A DNA stretch of 64,000 bases, from positions 64,001-128,000 of the forward strand of contig CAVYKI010000004.1 in the NCBI GenBank assembly GCA_963769025.1. The letters are read 5' to 3'. Shown here piece by piece: positions 1-11,841 of the stretch. The notes below the pieces were generated by a model. It saw only the letters and a list, made by a program, of their open reading frames with translations, was not told the origin of the DNA and ran no database searches. The position numbers and the translations under genes were made by a program. The stretch comes from an uncultured Verrucomicrobiae bacterium. GTDB lineage: Bacteria; Verrucomicrobiota; Verrucomicrobiia; Chthoniobacterales; Chthoniobacteraceae. Within the stretch, counting starts at the first letter, position 1. Every line of letters begins with the position of its first letter.

Positions 1-860
1 CGTGCAGCCGACCGTCCGCGGTCTGCCCGTGCCCGCGCACGCCGCCGGCGCCAGCTACATGTCGCCCGCGGATGAAGGCGCGCATGAACGAACTCGGCCT
101 GCACGCCGCCGATCTCGCGGGCATCGCCGGCAGCGGCGCGGCGCGGCCGCGTGACCATCGAGGATCTCGAGAAATTTCTTCACCGGCTCGACGAGCACAA
201 GCAGTCGCCCGCCTCCTCGCATGCGCGTCGCCGTGGCCGATGCGATGCGCCGCTCGTGGACGCGCCCGCTCGCCACCGTCGGGCGTGCCGGTCCGCATCG
301 ATGCCGCTGCTCGCACACCGCAAGGCGAGCGAGCCCAAGCCCGGCCCGGCGCTCTACGCCCTGCGCGCGCTCGCCATCGCCCTCGGCGAAAACAGCGCGC
401 CCGCCGGCCGGCTCGTCGGCGACAAAATCGTGCATCCCAAGGCGATCGATGTCGGCTTCGCCGTCGAGGCCGAGGACGGCGTGCTCGTTCCCGTGCTGCG
501 CGAATGCGGACAAGACGCCGCTCGCCGAGCTGCTGCCGCGCTACAACGAACTCGTCGAACTCGCCCGCCAGCGCCGCCTGCCCGCGAGCGCGCAGGGCGG
601 CAGCATCGCGACCGTCACGAACTTCGGCACCTTCGGCCTCGAGTGGGCCACGCCGATTCCGCTGCCGGAGCAGACGCTCGTGCTCGGCACTCGGCGCGGG
701 CCGCGTCGTGCCGAGCTGGGACAAGGAAAAGAACGAGTTCGTCCCGGTCACCGAGGCGGAGCTCACGCTCAGCTTCGACCACCGCGTGCTCGACGGCGGC
801 GCCGCCGGCCGTCTGCTGCGGCGGATCGTCGAACTCCTGCAGCAGCCGGAGAAACTCTGA
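1..860 (+). CDS. 2-oxoacid dehydrogenase E2 (dihydrolipoamide acyltransferase), 5'-partial, frameshifted
   Basis: Pieces in different frames: E3-binding motif 'AGSGAA.GRVTIEDLEKF', 'DVGFAVEAEDGVLVPVLR', 'GGSIATVTNFGTFG' and catalytic 'LSFDHRVLDG'; stop TGA 858-860. Confidence 0.85.
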   Translation, partial: CSRPSAVCPCPRTPPAPATCRPRMKARMNELGLHAADLAGIAGSGAARPRDHRGSREISSPARRAQAVARLLACASPWPMRCAARGRARSPPSGVPVRIDAAARTPQGERAQARPGALRPARARHRPRRKQRARRPARRRQNRASQGDRCRLRRRGRGRRARSRAARMRTRRRSPSCCRATTNSSNSPASAACPRARRAAASRPSRTSAPSASSGPRRFRCRSRRSCSALGAGRVVPSWDKEKNEFVPVTEAELTLSFDHRVLDGGAAGRLLRRIVELLQQPEKL

Positions 861-866
861 CGCGCG

Positions 867-1283
867 CTACGGCTTCGTCTGATCCGTAAACGCGGCGAGG
901 TCGCCCTTCACGCCGGCCTGCTTGAGGATGTCGAACACGGCGACCATCGTCCCCCAAGGGGCTTGCTCGTCCCCCGCGAGCGCGAGGCGCGGCGGGTTGG
1001 GAAGCGCGAGGAGCCTGTCGAGCTCACCGCGCAGCTCCGTGAGCTCCACCTTTTTTGCGCCGAGGAAAATCTCCGCCTTGTTGGAAATGGACAGCTTCAG
1101 CGCCTCGTCGCCCTTCTCGGCGATCACGGCGGTCTTCGCCTCCGGCAGCTTGATCGTCACCGCGGGCTGTTCGCTTTTGAACGTCGTAGTGACGATGACG
1201 AAAATCAGCAGGATCGCGAAGATGTCGATCAGCGAGACGATCATGACCTCGGGCTTCCTCTTGCGGCGTGCGAGGAAGTTCAC
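867..1283 (-). CDS. exbD: Biopolymer transporter ExbD/TolR
   Basis: 'SLIDIFAILLIFVIVTTTF' TM motif, 'IKLPEA', 'LAGDEQAPWGTMVAVFDILKQAG'; start codon overlaps exbB stop. Confidence 0.9.
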   Translation of the reverse strand: MNFLARRKRKPEVMIVSLIDIFAILLIFVIVTTTFKSEQPAVTIKLPEAKTAVIAEKGDEALKLSISNKAEIFLGAKKVELTELRGELDRLLALPNPPRLALAGDEQAPWGTMVAVFDILKQAGVKGDLAAFTDQTKP

Positions 1284-1978
1284 GCCTGCACCTCCGAGGG
1301 AAATTCAAACGAGCCGCGCTTGCCCTTTTGGTTGTAGCACTTCGTGAGCAGGCCGGAGATGAGCAGCTCCATGTCTGCCGCAAGGTTCTCGACCTTCTTC
1401 TGCAGCAGCCCGTGCGCGATGAGCGTCGGGATGGCGATGCCTAGGCCGACGATCGTGGTGCTCAGCGCCTCGGAAATGCCTCTCGCGATGGCGTGCGGGT
1501 CGCTCTGGCTCGCGCTCCCTCCGAATGCGCCGAACACCTGCACGAGCCCGGACACCGCGCCGAGCAGGCCGAGCAGCGGCGCGATGCCGATGATGATTTC
1601 GAGCACGTGCAGCCCATGTTCGAGCCGGCCGACTTCGTGCCGCGCGACAGTCTGCACGGCGTTTTGGTTTTCGTCCTTCGGCTGGTGGAGATTCGACAGG
1701 CCGACCTGTGCGATGCGCCCGAGTATGGACTCGTCATTGCGGACGTAGCGCGTGAGGCGCACCACGGCGTCCGGCGTGTCATTCGGCGCGAGCCGTTCGA
1801 TCTCCCGTTCCAGTTCCTCCGGCACCACGAGGTGCCGCCGCAGCCCTAGACCGCAGACGATGGCGACGGTCACCGCGATGATGGAACACGCGAGCAGCGG
1901 GATCATGAAAAACCCGCCGCCGTGGAAGAAGTCGTAGATTTGGCGGAAGGAGGCGGCGAGGAATGGAAACGCGATCAT
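1280..1978 (-). CDS. exbB: MotA/TolQ/ExbB proton channel
   Basis: 'IAPLLGLLGAVSGL', 'IARGISEALSTTIVGLGIAIP'. Confidence 0.92.
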   Translation of the reverse strand: MIAFPFLAASFRQIYDFFHGGGFFMIPLLACSIIAVTVAIVCGLGLRRHLVVPEELEREIERLAPNDTPDAVVRLTRYVRNDESILGRIAQVGLSNLHQPKDENQNAVQTVARHEVGRLEHGLHVLEIIIGIAPLLGLLGAVSGLVQVFGAFGGSASQSDPHAIARGISEALSTTIVGLGIAIPTLIAHGLLQKKVENLAADMELLISGLLTKCYNQKGKRGSFEFPSEVQA

Positions 1979-1984
1979 GGGTGG

Positions 1985-2398
1985 TCAGAGAATGGTGAAG
2001 GTGAAGGGAATCTCAAGCTGGCCGTCCGTGAGCGCACCGGCGGGCGGGGTTTCAAATTGCGTCTCGCGGACAAACTGCTCGCAGAACTTTTCAAACGCTT
2101 CGTTCGAAGTGTTCGCGACGACGGCGAAGTCCGTCACCTTGCCATCGGCGTCGAGCTTGAAGGTGACCTTCATGTTTCCCTGCGAAAACTCGGTCATCCG
2201 TGGCTCTAGCGCGGCGGCCCAGCGGGCGGCGAGTGCGGCTTTGACCTTCGGCATGTAGGCGGTGAGCAGTTTTGCGGACCCGGCGCCTTTGGGATTCTTC
2301 GGCGTCGCTTTCGTCTTGGTGCGTGAGTCGGCGGCCATGGCGGGAGGATGCGTGGCCAGCAGCGCGGCGGTAAGGAGAAGGAGAGTGCGGATGAACAT
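1985..2398 (-). CDS. Secreted stand-alone TonB/TolA C-terminal domain protein
   Basis: Signal peptide followed by 'GNMKVTFKLDADGKV..F.V..NTSN', paralogous to the C-terminus of the adjacent gene. Confidence 0.7.
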   Translation of the reverse strand: MFIRTLLLLTAALLATHPPAMAADSRTKTKATPKNPKGAGSAKLLTAYMPKVKAALAARWAAALEPRMTEFSQGNMKVTFKLDADGKVTDFAVVANTSNEAFEKFCEQFVRETQFETPPAGALTDGQLEIPFTFTIL

Positions 2399-2404
2399 GT
2401 GGGG

Positions 2405-3781
2405 CTAGAGAAGGTGGAAACTCATCGGGTAATCGAACGTGCCGTTGCGCAGCGCCTCGGGTGGCGGCGGATCGAACTCCGCTTCGCGCACGCACTGCTC
2501 GATGAGCGAGGCGTGTGCGGGGTTGGAAGTATTTTCCTCCACCCGGAAGCTCCGCACCTTGCCGCGCGAGTCGAGGGTGAATGTCACCGTGATTTTTCCC
2601 GTCTGGAGCAGGCTCATGCGCTGCTGGATGTAATAGTTCCACCTCGAACCGACGGCGGAACTGACGGCTTTCCGGTAACGCCCGAGCGGCGTTGCGACGG
2701 AATCCACGCCATCCTCGCCCTCGGGCAAATTCGTCCCGTTCACTTTCGTGCGGCGCATTTGCGGCGAGTAGCCGGGGTTCGGGACCGGCCGCGGCTGGTT
2801 GTTTTTGAACTCGAGCTTTGCAGCCACGATGACGGATTGCGGGCGCGTGGGCGCCTTCGCTTGCGTGTCCTGCGGGGTGGGTGTCGGGAGGTGCGCCGGT
2901 GTCGGGCGGGCGGTGGCGAGCGGTGTCGGTTTCGGTTCCGGCGTCGCGGTGGGCTTGGGCGTCGGCTTGGTTTCCGGCTCAGGCTGCTTGTTCGCCATGT
3001 CCTTCGGCGCATTCGGGTCGATGCGGCGATTCAGATACATGGGAATCTGGTCCTCATTTGCCTCCTGCACGGAGAGGATATTGGGCGGAGGAGCTGCAGT
3101 CGCGACGAGCATCGGCGTGGGTGTCGGCGTCTGGACCGGGCGGGGCGTGAGGCGCGGCAGTGCGGGAGTCGCGGGTTCGGGCGGCGTCTGCGCATCGGGG
3201 TCCACCGGCTTCGGCTTGAAAAGCGGCGAATTCTCCGGTCGCGGAGGCTCCGCGGGATCTTCCGGTTTGCCGAGACTCACCTCCCGGTTGGCCAATTGCG
3301 TGAACGGCATGTTCTCGAGTCCATCGAGCGTCGGCAAAGGATCGGAACCTGTGCCGCGCTTGCGGCTGCCGGCGACGCTGTCCCGCCAGCTTTCGAGCAG
3401 CGCCTTGGTGGAGGTGTTCTTTTTCCGGGCGAGTCCCTCGACGTCGATGTACTCGCGCTGCTTTTCGGGAGGGAGCTGCGCAAAAAGTTCCTTCAGCAGC
3501 TCTTCGTCCTGTTTGGCCAGTTTTTCGGGCACAGGCGTCGGCTTCTCCGCGACCTTGGGCGGGGGCGTCGGCGTGTAGAGGACGATTTCGAGTTTCTTCG
3601 GCTCAGGGGTGGGTTTTGGGGCGGGGAGCAGCGAATACCGCGTGAGCAACTGCCCGACGAGCGGCAATGCCATGAAGAGCAGCAGCACGAACGCGTGGAC
3701 CAGCAGCGCGATGAGGACAGCGAGCGGCAGCTTGATGCGGTCGGGAAATGCGACGAATGCATCAAGCCATCGGCGGAACAC
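2405..3781 (-). CDS. TonB/TolA-like energy transducer (TM anchor, Pro-rich linker, TonB C-domain); start approximate
   Basis: 'ALLVHAFVLLL' TM with His, long TP/EP/KP-rich linker, C-terminal 'GKITVTFTLDSRGKV...FDPPP'. Confidence 0.8.
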   Translation of the reverse strand: MFRRWLDAFVAFPDRIKLPLAVLIALLVHAFVLLLFMALPLVGQLLTRYSLLPAPKPTPEPKKLEIVLYTPTPPPKVAEKPTPVPEKLAKQDEELLKELFAQLPPEKQREYIDVEGLARKKNTSTKALLESWRDSVAGSRKRGTGSDPLPTLDGLENMPFTQLANREVSLGKPEDPAEPPRPENSPLFKPKPVDPDAQTPPEPATPALPRLTPRPVQTPTPTPMLVATAAPPPNILSVQEANEDQIPMYLNRRIDPNAPKDMANKQPEPETKPTPKPTATPEPKPTPLATARPTPAHLPTPTPQDTQAKAPTRPQSVIVAAKLEFKNNQPRPVPNPGYSPQMRRTKVNGTNLPEGEDGVDSVATPLGRYRKAVSSAVGSRWNYYIQQRMSLLQTGKITVTFTLDSRGKVRSFRVEENTSNPAHASLIEQCVREAEFDPPPPEALRNGTFDYPMSFHLL

Positions 3782-3804
3782 GGTCGGGCTGGACTCGGCT
3801 GGGC

Positions 3805-4509
3805 TCAAAGGCTGCGGATAATTCCGCCATCCATCGCACCAATCGCGCCAAAACGCGAGAGTTGAGCACACCACTCGATTTGATCCGTCCAGCCCCGTGC
3901 GGCGAGGGCGCGTCCATTTCGCGCGGCGCGCAGGCCGTCCAGCGGCGTGGCGAACTGCCGGGCGGTGGCGAGCGCGGATACGGCGGCGTCGGTCAGCTCA
4001 GCCTCGGGGAACTCCGCCGCGAGCAGTCCGGCGGCGATGGCATCCTCGAGGGCAAATGTCTCGAACGTCCCTGCACACACGAGCAGCACCTCGGCCGTGC
4101 GCGTGCGCGTGAGTTCGTCGCGGAGCGCGGCGAGGTTCAGCAGCGCGCCGACGAGCACGCGGCCGGCGCGCTCGCAGGCCCGGAGGGCCAGCGTGCCATT
4201 CGTGGTCGTGCTGATGATCCGCTTTCCGGCGAGCGCCGTGTATTCGAACGGATTGTTACCAAGGTCGAAGCCTTCGATGCGTTCGCCGTGCCGCTCTCCT
4301 CCGAGGAGCGCATCGGGCATCCGTTTTCGCAGCTCGATCGCCTCTTCGATCGTCTTTGCGGGGAAGATTTCCGCGGCGCCATTTGCCAGCGCGGTGGTCA
4401 TGGACGACGTCGCACGGAGGATGTCGAACACGACGCACGTCGTGGCGCTGAGGTCGCGCTCCGGCAGGCGGCTGATGTCGGCGGGGGTGAGGGCTGCGTC
4501 GAGTTTCAT
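3805..4509 (-). CDS. comB: 2-phosphosulfolactate phosphatase family
   Basis: 'VVFDILRATSS', 'LLGGERHG', 'GFDLGNNP', 'TTTNGT', 'FALEDAIAAG'; ATG 4509 overlaps upstream stop. Confidence 0.88.
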   Translation of the reverse strand: MKLDAALTPADISRLPERDLSATTCVVFDILRATSSMTTALANGAAEIFPAKTIEEAIELRKRMPDALLGGERHGERIEGFDLGNNPFEYTALAGKRIISTTTNGTLALRACERAGRVLVGALLNLAALRDELTRTRTAEVLLVCAGTFETFALEDAIAAGLLAAEFPEAELTDAAVSALATARQFATPLDGLRAARNGRALAARGWTDQIEWCAQLSRFGAIGAMDGGIIRSL

Positions 4510-5363
4510 TTGGATTTCCGGCCCCGCGGCTGGGTCGTGCGCGCGTGGTGAAAGAGATACTGCTGCGCGTAGCCGCCGTATGGGCCGAAATAGCGCGCGG
4601 AGAATTCCCGGAGCCGTTTCGGTGTCACCTTGCGTTTCTTTGCAAAGTAGATGCTCCGCAATACGCGCTCGATCCACACATCGATCGGGAATGCAGCGAG
4701 CCGTTCAAAGCTGAAAAGCAGCGCGCAGTTTGCCACCTTCGGCCCGACGCCGGGCAGACGCTGCAACGCTTCCGCTGCCTCGCCGTCGGGAAGGCGGGCG
4801 ACACCCGGGAGGTTCACTTCGCCGGAGGCGACCATGCGCGCCGCACCGAGAAGATTTTTGGCGCGGTAGCCGAGCGCGCATGCGCGGAGGTCGGCCTCCT
4901 CCAGCGCGCCGAGCGCAGCCGGCTCGGGATAGGAAAACAGGCGTTCTCCATTCCACTCGAAGGCGCGTCCGTAACGCTGCCGCAGCACATGCGAAATCTG
5001 CGCGATGTGGACGACCGCCTTTTGCGCGCTGGTGATGAACGTGGCCACGCATTCCCAATGCGGCTGCCGCACCAGCCGCAGTCCGCGGCATGTCTCCGCG
5101 GCCAGGGCCATCGCAGGATCGTCCGGGAAAGTCGTGCGCATCTCCGCGAGCGGATGATCGAGCGCGAAGTAGCGAGCCGCGGTTTCCTCCATGCCCCGAG
5201 GGACGAGCAGCATCCCGCCGCGCTGCTCGGCGTAGCACGGCGAATCGCCGATCATCCCCAGCCAGCCCGCGCCATGCCTCCGCCAATGAAAGACCTGGCC
5301 GCAGCCGAGCGTCAGTGAGAGGTCGAATTCCGGCGCGGCGAGTTCCGCGAGCGCACGGCTCAT
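4506..5363 (-). CDS. 8-oxoguanine DNA glycosylase (Ogg1 family, HhH-GPD)
   Basis: 'LTLGCGQVFHW', 'LGYRAKNL', HhH 'LPGVGPKVANC', 'AFPIDVWI', 'GYAQQYLF'. Confidence 0.9.
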   Translation of the reverse strand: MSRALAELAAPEFDLSLTLGCGQVFHWRRHGAGWLGMIGDSPCYAEQRGGMLLVPRGMEETAARYFALDHPLAEMRTTFPDDPAMALAAETCRGLRLVRQPHWECVATFITSAQKAVVHIAQISHVLRQRYGRAFEWNGERLFSYPEPAALGALEEADLRACALGYRAKNLLGAARMVASGEVNLPGVARLPDGEAAEALQRLPGVGPKVANCALLFSFERLAAFPIDVWIERVLRSIYFAKKRKVTPKRLREFSARYFGPYGGYAQQYLFHHARTTQPRGRKSK

Positions 5364-5980
5364 TTCACGAAGTAGCTCAGACTCTCGAGCTGGATGGCGA
5401 GATCCACGTTGTTCACGGCGATGCGTTCCGGCACATGCAGCACCGCGGGCGCGAAATTCAAAATGGCCTGCACGCCGCATTCGATGAGCCGGTTTGCGAC
5501 CTGCTGCGCGACCTTGCCGGGCACCGTGAGGATCGCCAGCTTCACGCCCCGGTCGCGGATGAAAGTGGCGAGCTGTTCCATCGGGAGGATGGGAATGCCG
5601 ATGTCCCGGGGACGTTTGCGATCCACGTCCTCGTCGAATGCCGCCACGACCTCGAATCCCTCGCGCGCGAATCCGCCGTAGCGGAGCAACGCCGTGCCGA
5701 GCTGGCCCGCGCCGACGAGGATCACCGGTTGCAGTTTCGCCATCCCGAGGACGCCGGTGATGGCCGTGCTGAGTCCCTCGACATTGTAGCCGAGCCCCCG
5801 CGTGCCCCATTGCCCGAAATACGTGAGGTCCTTGCGAAGCTGCGTCGGCTTCACCCCCGCTGCCGTGGCGAGCGCGTCGGAACTGACCGTGCTGACCCCA
5901 TTCTCACGCAGCCGCTGAAGCGCCCGATTGTAGATCGAAAGACGGTAGATTGTTTTGCGGGGGATGTCGGCCTTTTGCAT
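5360..5980 (-). CDS. rex: Redox-sensing transcriptional repressor Rex
   Basis: 'TIYRLSIY.R.L', 'QLRKDLTYFG..G.RG.GY', 'LVGAGQLG.AL', 'AILNFAP'. Confidence 0.96.
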   Translation of the reverse strand: MQKADIPRKTIYRLSIYNRALQRLRENGVSTVSSDALATAAGVKPTQLRKDLTYFGQWGTRGLGYNVEGLSTAITGVLGMAKLQPVILVGAGQLGTALLRYGGFAREGFEVVAAFDEDVDRKRPRDIGIPILPMEQLATFIRDRGVKLAILTVPGKVAQQVANRLIECGVQAILNFAPAVLHVPERIAVNNVDLAIQLESLSYFVK

Positions 5981-5984
5981 CGGC

Positions 5985-6006
5985 TTGTGAAATTGTGTGT
6001 GAAATT
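5985..6006. promoter_or_regulatory. Two Rex-box-like half sites (TGTGAAATT x2, direct) just upstream of the rex start
   Basis: TGTGAAATT at 5986-5994 and 5998-6006; matches only half of the TTGTGAA-N4-TTCACAA consensus. Confidence 0.3.
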
Positions 6007-6140
6007 AGCAGAAGGTCACCGTCTCGCCAGCGGAATGCGGCGATGACTTCGCACCGCGAGACCCGGCGTCCAGGCGCTGGACGCCATTCAAAAACGAAGA
6101 TCGTTGTTTGCTCCGCAGCGCGCGTCCGCTATTTCGCGGC

Positions 6141-6737
6141 ATGAGCAATGTCCGACCCGACCGCACCATCGAGCACGACTGGTCGCCGCGTCGTGTCCCG
6201 GAGAATGTCACGTGGGGCGAGGGCTTTTACTGCGAGAGCGCGCAGTGCTTCCTGCATTTCAAGGGCAGGCGGCAGCCTGCGATCGAAATCGGAAACCACG
6301 TGAGCATTTACGCGGCCTGCCAGTTTGCGGTGGCGGCGGATGCGCACGTGACCATCGGGGATTTCACGCTGCTCGTCGGCGCGCTGATCACCTCGGACAC
6401 GCGCGTGGAAATCGGCTCCCACTGCCTCATCTCCTGGGGCGTAGGAATCGCGGACAGCGACTTCCATCCCGTCGGCGCTGCGCAGCGGATGATCGATGCG
6501 GAGGCGCTCGCGCCTTACTTTGAAAACAAACCCGCGCGCCCGCTCGAAGCGGTGCGCTCGAAGCCGGTGAAGATCGGCAACAACGTGTGGATCGGCATGA
6601 ACGCCATCGTGCTCAAGGGCGTGACCATCGGCGACAATTCCGTGGTCGCCGCCGGGGCCGTCGTGACGAAGGACGTGCCGGCGGGCACCATCGTCGCGGG
6701 CAATCCTGCGCGGTTTGCAAAGAGGGTTCCGGAGTGA
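6141..6737 (+). CDS. Hexapeptide-repeat (LbH) acyltransferase
   Basis: '[47 protein letters not shown]'. Confidence 0.92.
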   Translation: MSNVRPDRTIEHDWSPRRVPENVTWGEGFYCESAQCFLHFKGRRQPAIEIGNHVSIYAACQFAVAADAHVTIGDFTLLVGALITSDTRVEIGSHCLISWGVGIADSDFHPVGAAQRMIDAEALAPYFENKPARPLEAVRSKPVKIGNNVWIGMNAIVLKGVTIGDNSVVAAGAVVTKDVPAGTIVAGNPARFAKRVPE

Positions 6738-7909
6738 TGAAAAAAAAGCGCATCATCGTCATGGGCTTCATGGGTGGCTGTCCGATCGCGGGCGTCATCT
6801 GGCAGCACATCCACTACATCGTCGGTCTCCAGCGCCTCGGGCATGAGGTGTACTACATCGAGGACTCCGCGCGGTATCCGTACAATCCGGTCACGTACGA
6901 GGAGAATGAAAAGTACGGATACGCCGCAGAGGTGCTGGATCGCCTCGCGAGGCAGTTTGGATTCGAGCGGCGGTGGAGCTACTGCGCGCGTTTCATCCCC
7001 GGCGATCCCACCGCGGGGATGTCGCTGAAAAAACTGCGCGAACTTTACCGCACCGCCGACGCGATCCTGAACGTGTGCGGCGCGCAGGAATTCAACGAGG
7101 ACCTGCTCGTCTCGCAGAACATCCTGTACGTCGAGAGCGATCCCGGGGTGGAGCAGATCCGCGTGGATCTCGGGGAGAAAAAGACGCGCGCCTATTTGAA
7201 GCGTCACCGTGCGCTGTTCACGTTCGGCGAACTTGTCGGCACCAAGGATTTTCCCGTGCCGGTGCATCGCTTCCGCTGGATGCCGACGCGCCAGCCGGTC
7301 GTCACGGATTTCTGGAAGACGCGCACCGCGCCGCCCGCGAAGGCGACCTTCACGACCATCGCAAACTGGAACACAAGCGGTCGCAAGGACATGAAGTGGC
7401 GCGGGAAAAAGCTGCTGTGGAGCAAGTCGCTGGAGTTTCTGAAATTCGTCGAGAGCCCGAAGCGCGCCGGGGAGACGTTCGAGATGACGACGAACATCGG
7501 CGATGCGGACACGCGCGCGCTTTTCCTGAAGAACAAATGGCAGCTCGCGCCGCCGGACGACATCAGCATCCACTGGGACAAATACCGCGACTACATCCGG
7601 CGCTCGAAGGGCGAGTTCACCGTGGCGAAGGATCAATACGTTCGCCTTCGCACCGGCTGGTTCAGCGACCGCACCGCGTGCTACCTCGCGAGCGGGCGGC
7701 CCGCCATCACGCAGGAGACGGGTTTCACGAAAATCTACGGCGGCGACAAGGGGCTACTCGCGTTTCAGACCGTCGAGCAAATCGTGGAGCACGTGCGCGC
7801 GATCAACGCCGACTATAAGGCGCACAGCCGCGCCGCATTTGAAATCGCGGCGGAGTATTTCGAGGCGACGAAGGTGCTCGCCGATCTGCTCGGGCGGGCG
7901 GGCGTCTAG
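6737..7909 (+). CDS. Putative GT-B glycosyltransferase-like protein
   Basis: 'GLQRLGHEVYYIED', 'GWFSDRTACYLASGRPAITQETGF'; start overlaps acyltransferase stop. Confidence 0.65.
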   Translation: MKKKRIIVMGFMGGCPIAGVIWQHIHYIVGLQRLGHEVYYIEDSARYPYNPVTYEENEKYGYAAEVLDRLARQFGFERRWSYCARFIPGDPTAGMSLKKLRELYRTADAILNVCGAQEFNEDLLVSQNILYVESDPGVEQIRVDLGEKKTRAYLKRHRALFTFGELVGTKDFPVPVHRFRWMPTRQPVVTDFWKTRTAPPAKATFTTIANWNTSGRKDMKWRGKKLLWSKSLEFLKFVESPKRAGETFEMTTNIGDADTRALFLKNKWQLAPPDDISIHWDKYRDYIRRSKGEFTVAKDQYVRLRTGWFSDRTACYLASGRPAITQETGFTKIYGGDKGLLAFQTVEQIVEHVRAINADYKAHSRAAFEIAAEYFEATKVLADLLGRAGV

Positions 7910-7924
7910 GGAGTTTCGCCGCCG

Positions 7925-10288
<2,364 letters not shown>

Positions 10289-10398
10289 GCAATTCCCCGA
10301 TTTACTCCGCGCGCCGCGGTCGCCTAATGTCGCGGCACGATGAGACTCCCCACGACTCGCAGTTGCCGTTTTGCGGATCCATCTGAACGCAATCCGCC

Positions 10399-10902
10399 AT
10401 GGAACTGATCCACTCACTCGGCTGGCAGGAGCTTTCCCTCCGCCTCGGCAGCGCCGTGTTCGCCGGCGCGGTGCTCGGCCTGAACCGCGAATTGCGTGGC
10501 AAGCCCGCCGGACTGCGCACGAACGCGCTGGTGTCACTCGGCGCGGCCTTGCTCGTGCTTGCGTGTGTCGGCGTGACATTGGGTCCGGACAGCGTGCACC
10601 GGGCCGATGCCATGAGCCGTGTCATGCAGGGCATCATCACCGGCATCGGATTTCTCGGCGCGGGCGTCATCCTTCGCGATACGGGCGGCACGCAGGTGCA
10701 TGGCATCACGACTGCGGCGACCATCTGGCTGACTGCGACGCTGGGCGTGCTGTGCGGCGCGGGGCTGTGGCTCGTGGCGCTGCTCGGCGTGGGGCTTACG
10801 CTCGTGATCCTGATCCTGGGAAGGCCGCTCGATAAGTTCCTTCATCGCAGATTTCCGAAGCTCACGAAACACGACCGCCACGACGTGCCGCCGCATACCT
10901 GA
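10399..10902 (+). CDS. MgtC/SapB family membrane protein
   Basis: 'GLNRE..GKPAGLRT..LV', 'GIGFLGAGVIL', 'GITTAATIW'. Confidence 0.92.
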   Translation: MELIHSLGWQELSLRLGSAVFAGAVLGLNRELRGKPAGLRTNALVSLGAALLVLACVGVTLGPDSVHRADAMSRVMQGIITGIGFLGAGVILRDTGGTQVHGITTAATIWLTATLGVLCGAGLWLVALLGVGLTLVILILGRPLDKFLHRRFPKLTKHDRHDVPPHT

Positions 10903-10905
10903 GTC

Positions 10906-11841
10906 ATGGTCGAAATTGGTGCCATCGACTCCCACACCGGCGGCGAACCCACGCGCGTCGTCGTCAGCGGCGGGCCGGAACTGGGGAGCGGAACCGTCGC
11001 CGAGCGGCTCGACGTCTTTCGCAGGGAGCACGATCGTTTCCGCTGCGCCATCGTGAACGAACCGCGCGGCTCCGAGGTGCTCGTCGGCGCGCTGCTTTGC
11101 GAGCCGTCCGCGCCCGATTGCGCGACCGGGGTCATCTTTTTCAACAATGTCGGTTTTCTCGGAATGTGCGGCCACGGCGCCATCGGAGTCATCGCGACAC
11201 TCGGGCACATGGGCGCGCTTTTCGCCGGCGAGCATCGCATCGAAACGCCCGTGGGCGTGATCACCGCGACACTTCACGCAGACGGCTCTGTGTCGGTCGG
11301 AAATGTGCCGAGCTACCGGAACGCGAGCGCGGTGCGAGTGGCCGTGGAGGGAATCGGAAACGTGACCGGCGATCTGGCGTGGGGCGGCAACTGGTTCTTC
11401 CTCGTCGAGAATCACGGGCTCGCGCTTGAAGCCGGGAACATCGGGCGGCTCACCGATTTCGCGTGGCGTGTGCGCGCTGCGGTGAATGCGCAGGGTTTCC
11501 CCGAGGTGGATCACGTCGAGTTGTTCGGGCCGCCTGCGGGCGGCGGGGATTCGCGGAGCTTTGTGCTTTGCCCGGGCAAGGCGTACGACCGTTCACCGTG
11601 CGGCACCGGCACGAGCGCGAAGCTCGCGTGCCTCGCTGCGGATGGCAAACTCGCCGAGGATACCGACTGGACGCAGGAGAGCGTCATTGGCAGCAGGTTT
11701 GCTGCGCGGTTCCGGTGGATTGATCGTGCGAAGGGAATCATCGCGCCGGTCATTACTGGCCGCGCGCACATCACTGCCGAGACGACATTGATCCTCGATG
11801 AGGCGGATCCTTTTTGCTGGGGCCTGCAGCCGCCGCAGTGA
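10906..11841 (+). CDS. 4-hydroxyproline 2-epimerase (proline racemase family)
   Basis: '[10 protein letters not shown]', '[13 protein letters not shown]' (aliphatic HypE-type), Cys/Cys pair in 'MCGHG' and 'DRSPCGTG'. Confidence 0.88.
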   Translation: MVEIGAIDSHTGGEPTRVVVSGGPELGSGTVAERLDVFRREHDRFRCAIVNEPRGSEVLVGALLCEPSAPDCATGVIFFNNVGFLGMCGHGAIGVIATLGHMGALFAGEHRIETPVGVITATLHADGSVSVGNVPSYRNASAVRVAVEGIGNVTGDLAWGGNWFFLVENHGLALEAGNIGRLTDFAWRVRAAVNAQGFPEVDHVELFGPPAGGGDSRSFVLCPGKAYDRSPCGTGTSAKLACLAADGKLAEDTDWTQESVIGSRFAARFRWIDRAKGIIAPVITGRAHITAETTLILDEADPFCWGLQPPQ

